From an uncultured phage cr11_1, in sequence record MT774383.1: a DNA stretch of 40,000 bases. The stretch is one strand, 5' to 3'. The position numbers and the translations under genes were made by a program. Under the pieces are notes generated by a model that saw nothing but the letters and a program-made list of their open reading frames with translations, made no database searches and was not told the origin of the DNA. This document shows positions 1 through 8,012 of this stretch, one piece after another (position 1 is the stretch's first letter; each line of letters opens with the position of its first letter).

Positions 1-1089
1 ATGCCTTATCAAATCTTTGGTAATATAATTGCTTATCATAGAGAAATGGCTCTTGCTAAGAATAAACTTAATGTTCTTCTGATTGCTAAATCTCTTTTAG
101 GTAATGTTCCCGAAGAAACTATTTATAGAATGGCTGCTGATGGTGTTCTTTATATTGATGATGAAGATGATCAAGGTATGTTGAGAGCACAACAAGTTCG
201 TATGCTTAATAGCGATACTTCTGCTTATATAGCTCAACTTACAGAACTCATTAATGCTAATGAACAAGCCGCTAATCTTAAAGTCGATATGACTCCTCAA
301 CGCTATGGCGAAATAGCTAATAGTGCTGGTAAAGGAGTTACTGAACAAGCTATTATTCGAGGTTCTATGGGAAGTGTTATAGTCGAGTTTATGTTTGATT
401 ATATGCGAGAACATGATTATGCTCGTGATATGGATTACACTAAACTTGCTTGGATTGATGGTCTTAGAACTTCTTATAAAACTAAGAATGACGCTTCTAT
501 AAAATATTTTAGTCTTGATGTTGATAAACATATTTATGCTGATTATGTTATTAAAGCTAAACTTTCTGCAAAGGAACGCGATAAACTTAATCAATATAAA
601 CAATTTGCTTTTAGTGCTGCACAAAACGGTGATGCCGGAATGGCAGCTGTTGCAATTGAGGGAGACAATACTGCTGAAATAAAGAAAGGTATTCTTAAAT
701 TTCAAGAGATTAATCGTCAACATGAAGAAAATATGAAACAACTTGATGCGCAAAACGCTCAAATGCTTCAACAATATGAACTTGATAAGATTGCTGCGAA
801 AGGACAACAAGATAGAGAAACACTTGCTCTTGAAAAATATCTTGATGGTCAAATTGAAGAAATGAAAGCTGTTCTATCCTCTACGGGGGGTCTCAATAAT
901 AAAGCGGTTGATACGACTGCTGTCGATGCTGCTAAGACTGCTATTGAAAGAGAAAAGATAGCTGTTGAAAGAGAAAAAGTTGGTGCTCAAATTCAAGCTA
1001 ATAATCAGAAGTTTGCTTCTGATATTTATAAAGCTGATATGAGTTATAAAGTTGCTAAACAAAATAAAAATAGATTTGATAAAAAATAA
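1..1089 (+). CDS. C-terminal part of portal-like protein (crAss-like phage), truncated at window edge
   Basis: Open from base 1 to the stop at 1089. Position immediately upstream of scaffold-like and major-capsid-like genes. Helical Q/K-rich C-terminus typical of a portal. Confidence 0.55.
   Translation: MPYQIFGNIIAYHREMALAKNKLNVLLIAKSLLGNVPEETIYRMAADGVLYIDDEDDQGMLRAQQVRMLNSDTSAYIAQLTELINANEQAANLKVDMTPQRYGEIANSAGKGVTEQAIIRGSMGSVIVEFMFDYMREHDYARDMDYTKLAWIDGLRTSYKTKNDASIKYFSLDVDKHIYADYVIKAKLSAKERDKLNQYKQFAFSAAQNGDAGMAAVAIEGDNTAEIKKGILKFQEINRQHEENMKQLDAQNAQMLQQYELDKIAAKGQQDRETLALEKYLDGQIEEMKAVLSSTGGLNNKAVDTTAVDAAKTAIEREKIAVEREKVGAQIQANNQKFASDIYKADMSYKVAKQNKNRFDKK
876..893 (+). repeat. GC-rich dispersed motif copy 1: ATCCTCTACGGGGGGTCT
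   Basis: Matches the window consensus ATCCTCTACGGGGGGTST. Confidence 0.85.
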
Positions 1090-1133
1090 ACTTGTATTAT
1101 AAATACTTGTATTTGTGCTTTGTAAATTTCTTT

Positions 1134-1170
1134 AGCCGTTACCGCTCGTGAGAGTAGTAGCGGCTTTTTT
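1134..1170 (+). terminator. Intrinsic-terminator-like hairpin
   Basis: AGCCGTTAC ... GTAGCGGCT (9 pairs including one G.T) followed by TTTTTT. Confidence 0.75.
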
Positions 1171-1171
1171 A

Positions 1172-1328
1172 TTGTCGCTTGTAATCACAATTGTGGTTTG
1201 TTGATTTTGTAAATATCTTTTACTATAAGACTTATTTTAAGCCTCTGTGTAAGACGTTGATACACCCCGTAGAGGATTAATCAATTCATCATAAATCGTT
1301 CAAATTTCGTCAAGTCTGTAAGCGACAA
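1172..1328. other. Candidate structured non-coding region closed by a 9-bp inverted repeat
   Basis: TTGTCGCTT (1172-1180) is complementary to AAGCGACAA (1320-1328). It encloses about 140 nt with no good ORF and one copy of the GC-rich motif. Confidence 0.3.
1262..1277 (-). repeat. GC-rich dispersed motif copy 2 (intergenic), minus strand: ATCCTCTACGGGGTGT
   Basis: Reverse complement of ACACCCCGTAGAGGAT; G-run shortened to 4. Confidence 0.85.
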
Positions 1329-1419
1329 GGATATTTATCAATATCAGTAAGCCAGTAGAAATAAGCAAAAGAAGTCTATTAAGTAGTTGTGATGTTCGAC
1401 ATGATGCTGTTAGTGCTTA

Positions 1420-1427
1420 TACATTTG
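1420..1427 (+). promoter_or_regulatory. Possible Bacteroidetes-type -7 box (TAnnTTTG)
   Basis: TACATTTG, about 47 nt upstream of the ATG at 1474 and downstream of a terminator. The -33 element is not clear. Confidence 0.3.
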
Positions 1428-1473
1428 TCTTGTAATAACAAAGTAATAATAACCATATAAAACTATTAAAATT

Positions 1474-2805
1474 ATGCCTACATTAGATTTTGGTTTTAAT
1501 GCTAATCCTACTGATAGTGGGACTGAACCTATTACAGATTTAGATACTGGCGTTACTGGTACTGTTGGTTCTGACGGTAATATTATTCCACCTATTGACG
1601 AACCGAATAATGACGACCCAAAGAATAACAATAAAACAGATGGTGATGGTCGAAATGATAATGTTGATACAACTGTTAACAATACAGATGATAAAAATAA
1701 TAATAACAATGATAATCAAGTAGATGACAATAATTTAGTTGTTGAACCTGGTTCTGTTATTACTATCGGAGAAGATACTTATACTGTTGATGCTGAGGGT
1801 AATCTTATTGATAAAAATAATAAAGTTTTCAAAGAAGCTAAAGACGTTAAAGACTTTCTTAAGCAATTTGAAGTTGACGATACTGATGATAAAGAAAATG
1901 CAATTGATGTCGCTAAGATTATAGAGAAAGTTGGTTTTGAAGTTACTGATGAAAACGATAAACCTATTACTTTTGAAAATACTCCCGATGGAGTTGTTTC
2001 ATATATTAATGAAGTTCTTGATGCTAAACGTACCGAATACGCTCAAGCTGGTGTTCAGCAACTTATTGATAAGTTTCCTATTGTAAGTGATTTCCTTAAT
2101 TATTATGTTGCTAACGGAAATAGTTATGAGGGATTCGGTCAAGTTCGAGATAGAAGTACAATTGTTATTGACGAAAATAATACTGCACAACAAGAAGCAA
2201 TAGTTCGCGAAGCCTTTAAAGAAAGTGGCAAGGTCGGAAGCATTGATGATTATATTTCTTTCCTTAAGAGCACTAATCGTCTTTTAGATGCCGCTAAACA
2301 AGACCTTGCTACTCTTCAAGAAAACGATAAGAGAATTAAAATTGAACAAGCTGAAATTGCTCAACGTAAAATTGAAGAGGATAAAAAAGCTGAAATAGCT
2401 TATTGGAATAAAGTTAAGTCTACTATTGATAAGAAAGAAATTGCTGGTTATAAAATTCCAGATACTATTCTTATTAATAAAAACGGTAAACAATCTGCTG
2501 CAACTGCTGATGATTTCTTTAATTATCTGTATCAAGTTGACGATAAAGGATTTAGCCGTTATGAAAGAGAATTAATGGAAACTCCCGAAGAAGAACAACT
2601 TCAAAATGATTTGCTTCGTGCTTATCTTAAATTTACTGGTGGTAATTATAGTAATCTTGTAGACCTTGCGATTGCATCTGAAAAGACTAAGACGCTTCGT
2701 CTTAAAGCTGCTGAACAAAGACGTAAAAGTTCTATTAAAATTACTAAGCCTGCCGCAAACAAGAAAATTGGCGATAATATCGCTGATGTTCTTGGTTATG
2801 TATAA
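1474..2805 (+). CDS. Virion protein between portal and capsid genes, scaffold-like
   Basis: 443-aa ORF with a very acidic N-terminus, helical middle and basic C-terminus. Lies between portal-like and MCP-like genes. Confidence 0.5.
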   Translation: MPTLDFGFNANPTDSGTEPITDLDTGVTGTVGSDGNIIPPIDEPNNDDPKNNNKTDGDGRNDNVDTTVNNTDDKNNNNNDNQVDDNNLVVEPGSVITIGEDTYTVDAEGNLIDKNNKVFKEAKDVKDFLKQFEVDDTDDKENAIDVAKIIEKVGFEVTDENDKPITFENTPDGVVSYINEVLDAKRTEYAQAGVQQLIDKFPIVSDFLNYYVANGNSYEGFGQVRDRSTIVIDENNTAQQEAIVREAFKESGKVGSIDDYISFLKSTNRLLDAAKQDLATLQENDKRIKIEQAEIAQRKIEEDKKAEIAYWNKVKSTIDKKEIAGYKIPDTILINKNGKQSAATADDFFNYLYQVDDKGFSRYERELMETPEEEQLQNDLLRAYLKFTGGNYSNLVDLAIASEKTKTLRLKAAEQRRKSSIKITKPAANKKIGDNIADVLGYV

Positions 2806-2825
2806 CTTAATTAAAACTGTTGATT

Positions 2826-4298
2826 ATGTACACAATGCGAGTTTTGTCAACGGGTCGTTATGATGATAGAGGTTACTCTAATGAAGAAAGTATTGCCAAT
2901 CTTCAACTCACTAAACCTGTTGAAATTAATGCGTTTCTGACTTACAACTATGGTATGGACGACGACCGTTTTCCTCTTACCTTTATGACTGAGGGTCAAG
3001 GTAGTCGAGGCGTTAAGTCTGTTAAAACTGTTCAGTGGACTTGGAAGACTATGGGTCGTATAAAGTTTACTGATTATGTAACTTATTTCAATACTGCTAA
3101 TACTAAGCCTGGTCTTGGTGGTGCAGAATTTGAAGTTCATTTTGCTACTCATTGGTTTATCGAACAATATGGTTTGATTTGTCCCGATGGTACTTTGCTT
3201 CGTATTCAGAAAGATTTAGGCGAAAGTGCTTACGGTTATGCTTATTTGCTTGCTCCTGTTAACGCTTCTCCTACTGCTTTCGTTGACCCGAAGAACTTTG
3301 CTAAAGGAACTTATTTGAGCATGTCTGCTCCTACTGTTTCTGAATCTTATTCTAAGGGTAATAGAAGCAATACTATGGGACCTGGTTCTATGACTTCTCA
3401 ACTTGAGTTTTTCCGTTATAGTAAAGAGGTTGCCGGTAATATTTCTAATGTTGTTACTGAATATGAATTTCAGCAAGGTAATAGCGGTGGTACTACTCGT
3501 CTTTGGATTTCAGAAGAAATGCGTCAGTTCAACTTGACAATGCGCGTAATGAACGAAGAACGTCTGTGGTTGTCTACTTATAATAGACTTCCTGATGGTA
3601 CTATTCGTTTGAAAGATAGAGATAATGGTAAACCAATTCCTCGTACTGCCGGTATGTTGGAAATTTGCCGTGAAAGTAACTACGATACTTACGGTGAATA
3701 TCTTACTCTCAACAAACTTGAAAGAACTGTTGGTGATGTTTTGAATAAAGATACTGATGATGGTACAATGAATATTGTGCTTATGGGAGGTAAAGGATTT
3801 ATTCAAGACTTCCAATATGCTATCGAGAATGATGCTATGAGTAAAGGTTTCATTACTCCTCTTGGCGAAAAGAAAATTATGGATAATGGTAGCGGTCTTG
3901 CTTATGGTAAGTATTTCAATAAATATACTACTGTTGACGGACATACTATTACTGTTAAACATTGCTCATTCTTCGATAAAGGCACTATTGCCGAAGCTGC
4001 AAAACAGAATGGACAAATTCATCCTCGTAGCGGTTTGCCTATTACTTCTCATCAAGCTTGCTTTATTGACTTCTCTTCTTATAAAGGCGAAAATAACGTT
4101 CGTATTGTTCGTCAAGAGGGACAAGAATATATTGCTAAGGTTATTGAGGGTATGACACCGATACCTAAAGAATGGGGTGTTTCTACTACTAATCGTGCTT
4201 CTACCGAAATTGATATGTCTCGTTATGAGATTAAGGGAAGTATGGGTCTGCAAGTAAACAACACTACGAAGATGTTCTTGCTGAAATGCGTATTGTAA
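2826..4298 (+). CDS. Major capsid protein (crAss-like)
   Basis: About 490 aa starting MYTMRVLSTGRYDDRG. Size and position fit a crAss-like MCP. The track ORF begins at 2820 but ATG 2826 is the plausible start. Confidence 0.75.
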   Translation: MYTMRVLSTGRYDDRGYSNEESIANLQLTKPVEINAFLTYNYGMDDDRFPLTFMTEGQGSRGVKSVKTVQWTWKTMGRIKFTDYVTYFNTANTKPGLGGAEFEVHFATHWFIEQYGLICPDGTLLRIQKDLGESAYGYAYLLAPVNASPTAFVDPKNFAKGTYLSMSAPTVSESYSKGNRSNTMGPGSMTSQLEFFRYSKEVAGNISNVVTEYEFQQGNSGGTTRLWISEEMRQFNLTMRVMNEERLWLSTYNRLPDGTIRLKDRDNGKPIPRTAGMLEICRESNYDTYGEYLTLNKLERTVGDVLNKDTDDGTMNIVLMGGKGFIQDFQYAIENDAMSKGFITPLGEKKIMDNGSGLAYGKYFNKYTTVDGHTITVKHCSFFDKGTIAEAAKQNGQIHPRSGLPITSHQACFIDFSSYKGENNVRIVRQEGQEYIAKVIEGMTPIPKEWGVSTTNRASTEIDMSRYEIKGSMGLQVNNTTKMFLLKCVL

Positions 4299-4321
4299 TA
4301 ACTAATTAAATTAAAAAGATT

Positions 4322-5461
4322 ATGCCTACAATTGGAACTGCTGCTGCTGAAAATAAAGAACAGGAAATTAATAAACCTGCCGCTGCTGTTGAAACAGCTA
4401 ATAACCAAAATGGAGAAACTTCTCAAACTCTTAGAGAAAAAAGAGATGAGGATTTAAATGAACCTTATTTTGAAGATAGATATATCGTTATTGCTTTGGT
4501 TTCTTCTTTCTCTCTTTATCGTAAAGCTAACGATAAATCTCTTGAAGAACGGAATGAATTTATTGGTAGTTCTGTTCGTAGTTCAAGAACTCTTGCTTCT
4601 AATAAAGGTGAAGTTGAAGCTTATTTCCCCAATCTAATTGGCGTTTCTCCTACTAACGAAAACTTCGTTAGACGTGTTAAGGAATATCTTAATAACATTC
4701 AGGTAAAAGTTGATAAACTTGGTAAGAGACTTAACATTAGTTTCCATTATCATCATGTTAAAGACTATTACAGATTTAAAAATGCAGAAGAAGCCATTGA
4801 TGCTGAATTTGCTGCTGTAAATCGCGGTGATAGTGCTGCTCTTGACAAAGCAATTGAAAATCGAATTATTAAACTTAATGCTCTTGAATCAGAAAAATAC
4901 AGATACGGTTATCCAGATAATGTAGCTGATTATCTTCTTTATCGTCATTGTTTGTTATATAGTGATGTTGCTAAAGATACTGCAATCATTAATAACAAAC
5001 CTAATATTAGATTCTATTTTAGAGACGAACAGAAAGAGAAAGAACTTGAAGCTAAGAAACGTCTTGAAGTTAATAATGCTAAACGTAACTTCGTTAATAT
5101 TACAGCTAATGATAAACTGTTTGATGATGTTTATGCTGCGTATTGTATATTTACTAATAGACCGCTTATTCCTTCTCTTGCAGAAGATAGAGTTCTTAAG
5201 GAAAATAATCTTGATTACTTTGCAAGTCAAGAACCTGCTCGCTTTAACAAAATGTGTACGGATAGAGATATAAGTCTTAAAGCTATGATTGAAAAACTTA
5301 TAGCTTATGGTATTCTTATTCGTCATCCTCATTCACAAAATATTGTTAGCGGTGCTGGTGATTTTATTGGTGCTAATATGAAAGAGGCTCTTGCTTGGTT
5401 TAAAAATCCTGATAATGGCGATATGCGTACAGCTTACGAAAACCAATTAAAACTTGCTTAA
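4322..5461 (+). CDS. Head/virion structural protein
   Basis: 379-aa ORF directly after the MCP, with an A-rich initiation context. Confidence 0.5.
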   Translation: MPTIGTAAAENKEQEINKPAAAVETANNQNGETSQTLREKRDEDLNEPYFEDRYIVIALVSSFSLYRKANDKSLEERNEFIGSSVRSSRTLASNKGEVEAYFPNLIGVSPTNENFVRRVKEYLNNIQVKVDKLGKRLNISFHYHHVKDYYRFKNAEEAIDAEFAAVNRGDSAALDKAIENRIIKLNALESEKYRYGYPDNVADYLLYRHCLLYSDVAKDTAIINNKPNIRFYFRDEQKEKELEAKKRLEVNNAKRNFVNITANDKLFDDVYAAYCIFTNRPLIPSLAEDRVLKENNLDYFASQEPARFNKMCTDRDISLKAMIEKLIAYGILIRHPHSQNIVSGAGDFIGANMKEALAWFKNPDNGDMRTAYENQLKLA

Positions 5462-5465
5462 AGTT

Positions 5466-6149
5466 ATGGATATAGTACAGATGCACATCACGTTCAGAGA
5501 GCTGGCTCAAAGAATGGGTTTGCAGACTGCTCGTGCTATTTATAATGAAGACATTGATATATGTCTTAATCATGCTATCATGGCTAAAACTCGTAGTATT
5601 ATTTCGCAAAATGCTCAAACTGCTAATGATTATATAATTAAAGCAAATGCTGATATTAGTCAACTTAATGCTCTGCGAAATCTTGCTACGAAAGGTGAAA
5701 TATCTGGTTCATCCCTTACGGGGGGTGGAACTGATATTGACCCATATACGGCTGATGTTACTAATGCTAATGTTATGATTTATACTCATTTTGCTGTTAG
5801 CTATGATGACAAAACTCTTGACGATTGTCGTATAATTGAAGCTGAATATCTTCAAAGAACTCTTCGAGATTATTGCAATCGTGCTACGAAACGTTATCCT
5901 ATATGCGTTTCTATTGTAAAAGATGGCAAACATTCTATCGAAATTTATAACGGTAATAGTAATAGTAAACCTACAAAGGTTGTTTATAATTATATTAAGC
6001 TTCCTGCTGTTGTTAAATATGATGAGCAAGTAATAGAAAATAGAGTTAATTGCGACTTGCCTGATTATTTACACATGGAAATAGTTGAACTTGCTATTGC
6101 TTATTTTAGAGATAGTTTTGCTATGCCTAACGAACCAAAAATAAATTAA
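5466..6149 (+). CDS. Head-tail connector/ring-like protein
   Basis: ORF overlaps the 4322 gene if started at 5454; ATG 5466 gives MDIVQMHITFREL. Position and size fit a neck protein. Confidence 0.45.
   Translation: MDIVQMHITFRELAQRMGLQTARAIYNEDIDICLNHAIMAKTRSIISQNAQTANDYIIKANADISQLNALRNLATKGEISGSSLTGGGTDIDPYTADVTNANVMIYTHFAVSYDDKTLDDCRIIEAEYLQRTLRDYCNRATKRYPICVSIVKDGKHSIEIYNGNSNSKPTKVVYNYIKLPAVVKYDEQVIENRVNCDLPDYLHMEIVELAIAYFRDSFAMPNEPKIN
5711..5728 (+). repeat. GC-rich dispersed motif copy 3: ATCCCTTACGGGGGGTGG
   Basis: Two changes in the CCTCTACGG core; GGGGGGT retained. Confidence 0.8.
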
Positions 6150-6164
6150 TAAAATTATAAAGCT

Positions 6165-7055
6165 ATGAGAACTTTTCTTTTAGGTTCTAAGTCAGATTTA
6201 GGTGATGACCTTACAGCTCTTACTGTTGGTCAATTAGCTTTTTCCGCTTTAGTTAATGGTCAACATACTGTTGATTCTGATGGTACTAAAATTAAGGATA
6301 AAGGCTATATCTTTCTTGGAAAAGAAGATGCTAAAGGCGGCGATGTAATTGTTCCTATTTATAAGAACAATTTTAGTTTTACCAAAATGATATATCAAGC
6401 TGCCAGTGCTTATACAGGTGATTTTACAATTCCTGCTCCTACTGTTGGTGATGACTTGACTGTTGTAGTAGTTAAGAAAGGTGTTCAGTTTAATGAACGT
6501 AATAAGTGGACTGCTACTATGCGCGTTAAAGATGGTCAAGATGCTTCTGCTTGTGCTAAAGAATTAACTGAACAACTTAATAATAATCCTGCTTCCGGTG
6601 TTAAAGCTGTTGCCGCAGCTGCTAAGATTACTATTACTGCTGTAAATAAAGGAGAAGATTATAAGATTGCTCTTGGCGATGATTTGTTTGGTGTAGCAGT
6701 TACAGAAACTCCTGCTGTTACTCCACTTGCAGATGCCAACTATATTAAAGATTTGGCTATGAAAGCTGCCGCCGATGCTGGTATTGAATATACTTATCAA
6801 GACCCTGCGAATCTTATTTATCCTGGTTATCCACTTAATCCTCTTGCACAGCCTGATAGTGTTGATGCAGGTTATACCGTATTTACGCTTAAATTTGCTG
6901 AGCCACGGGAAATGAAAACTGTTGACCAAAGTATTAATCAGATTGTTCAAATCGCTCTGCCTATGGGTGCTACCGCAATTGCTAAAGTTGAAACTATACT
7001 TAAAGCTATTGCTAAAGGTGAAACTATACTTAAAGCTGTTGCCGGTGTAGCTTAA
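6165..7055 (+). CDS. Virion structural protein (possible auxiliary capsid or sheath-like fold)
   Basis: 296-aa Ala/Val-rich ORF in the head-neck cluster. The product assignment is tentative. Confidence 0.4.
   Translation: MRTFLLGSKSDLGDDLTALTVGQLAFSALVNGQHTVDSDGTKIKDKGYIFLGKEDAKGGDVIVPIYKNNFSFTKMIYQAASAYTGDFTIPAPTVGDDLTVVVVKKGVQFNERNKWTATMRVKDGQDASACAKELTEQLNNNPASGVKAVAAAAKITITAVNKGEDYKIALGDDLFGVAVTETPAVTPLADANYIKDLAMKAAADAGIEYTYQDPANLIYPGYPLNPLAQPDSVDAGYTVFTLKFAEPREMKTVDQSINQIVQIALPMGATAIAKVETILKAIAKGETILKAVAGVA
6980..7039 (+). repeat. Tandem 30-bp duplication in the 3' end of the 6165-7055 gene
   Basis: TAAAGTTGAAACTATACTTAAAGCTATTGC is followed by TAAAGGTGAAACTATACTTAAAGCTGTTGC (approximate boundaries). 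Confidence 0.8.
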
Positions 7056-7088
7056 TTGAGTTAATAAACATATCTGTATAATATGGAG

Positions 7089-7138
7089 AGCCACTATTAC
7101 TGTATTAGATTACGGTGATAGTGGCTTTCGTCGTTTTG
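7089..7138 (+). terminator. Terminator-like hairpin
   Basis: AGCCACTATTACTG / CGGTGATAGTGGCT stem (14 pairs with wobbles) with a 10-nt loop, followed by a T-rich stretch. Confidence 0.6.
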
Positions 7139-7144
7139 GCTGTA

Positions 7145-7771
7145 ATGGAAGAATTTAAAGTTTTTAATAGTGTAATTGAAAATACTGTTCGTAATACTTC
7201 TTATATTACTGTAATTATTTCGAGTGTAGTATTTATTAGTTATACTGTTATTATAAAGTTGATAGACTATTTCAGACATAAAGATGATAAAAAATCTCTT
7301 GTCGAAATGGGTCTTGCTGTTAAAGAGGTTAGCAATAATGTTGCAAAACTAAATGCTATTCTTGATAATCTTTTTCAAGATATTACTAAAAAGAATTTAG
7401 AAAAAGGTAAAATTATTATTGAACTTGCATTTTTTAATTTTCAATATAAAATTGTTAATCTTTGTCGTAATATTATTATCAATAACAATATTGATATTAA
7501 TAAAGAATTTATTATAGCAAATATAACTAAGACTGTTAATACAGAATTTTATCGTGCTTATCATACTCTTTCATTATACGAAGTTGGTAATACTCCTCTT
7601 AGTGAGTTTCTTAAAGATAGTTGGAAAGACGATTGTATTAAAGATGTTCTTGCTATAATATATAACGGTCAAGAAGATAAACTTCGTATTTCGCAAATCA
7701 ATAGTAATCTTAGTATTAAAGTTGATGATTGGATAGTTTATATAAATAATAAATATACCGAATATGAGTAA
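7145..7771 (+). CDS. Hypothetical protein with N-terminal hydrophobic segments
   Basis: The track ORF starts at 7115 inside the hairpin; ATG 7145 (MEEFKVFN) is the likely start. Confidence 0.55.
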   Translation: MEEFKVFNSVIENTVRNTSYITVIISSVVFISYTVIIKLIDYFRHKDDKKSLVEMGLAVKEVSNNVAKLNAILDNLFQDITKKNLEKGKIIIELAFFNFQYKIVNLCRNIIINNNIDINKEFIIANITKTVNTEFYRAYHTLSLYEVGNTPLSEFLKDSWKDDCIKDVLAIIYNGQEDKLRISQINSNLSIKVDDWIVYINNKYTEYE

Positions 7772-8012
7772 GGATTATCAATTACTTCAAGAACTTGCCG
7801 ACAAACTTGAAAATAATATTATTCAAGTTATTGGTACTGATATTAAGAAAATCAATCTCGGTTTTATTTCTAACAATATCTTCGGTGCTTCTTATTTATA
7901 TGATATTATTTCTTCTTGTATAGCTTATGATATTCTTCTTACCGAAGAAGAGCAAGAACTAATAAAAGTAATTTTTAATACGTCTGAATATGGAAGATAC
8001 TGTTTTAAATAA
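7764..8012 (+). CDS. Hypothetical 82-aa protein
   Basis: ORF overlapping the preceding stop and the following start (translational-coupling layout). Confidence 0.5.
   Translation: MSKDYQLLQELADKLENNIIQVIGTDIKKINLGFISNNIFGASYLYDIISSCIAYDILLTEEEQELIKVIFNTSEYGRYCFK

Noticed and set aside
97-852. 251-aa minus-strand ORF opposite the portal-like gene
   Set aside because: Long antisense ORFs recur opposite most plus-strand genes here (e.g. 7094-6564, 13542-13063, 38859-38032). They have low-complexity I/S/N/F composition, consistent with the strong codon-position bias of the sense strand. No independent initiation context or homology-like motif is seen.
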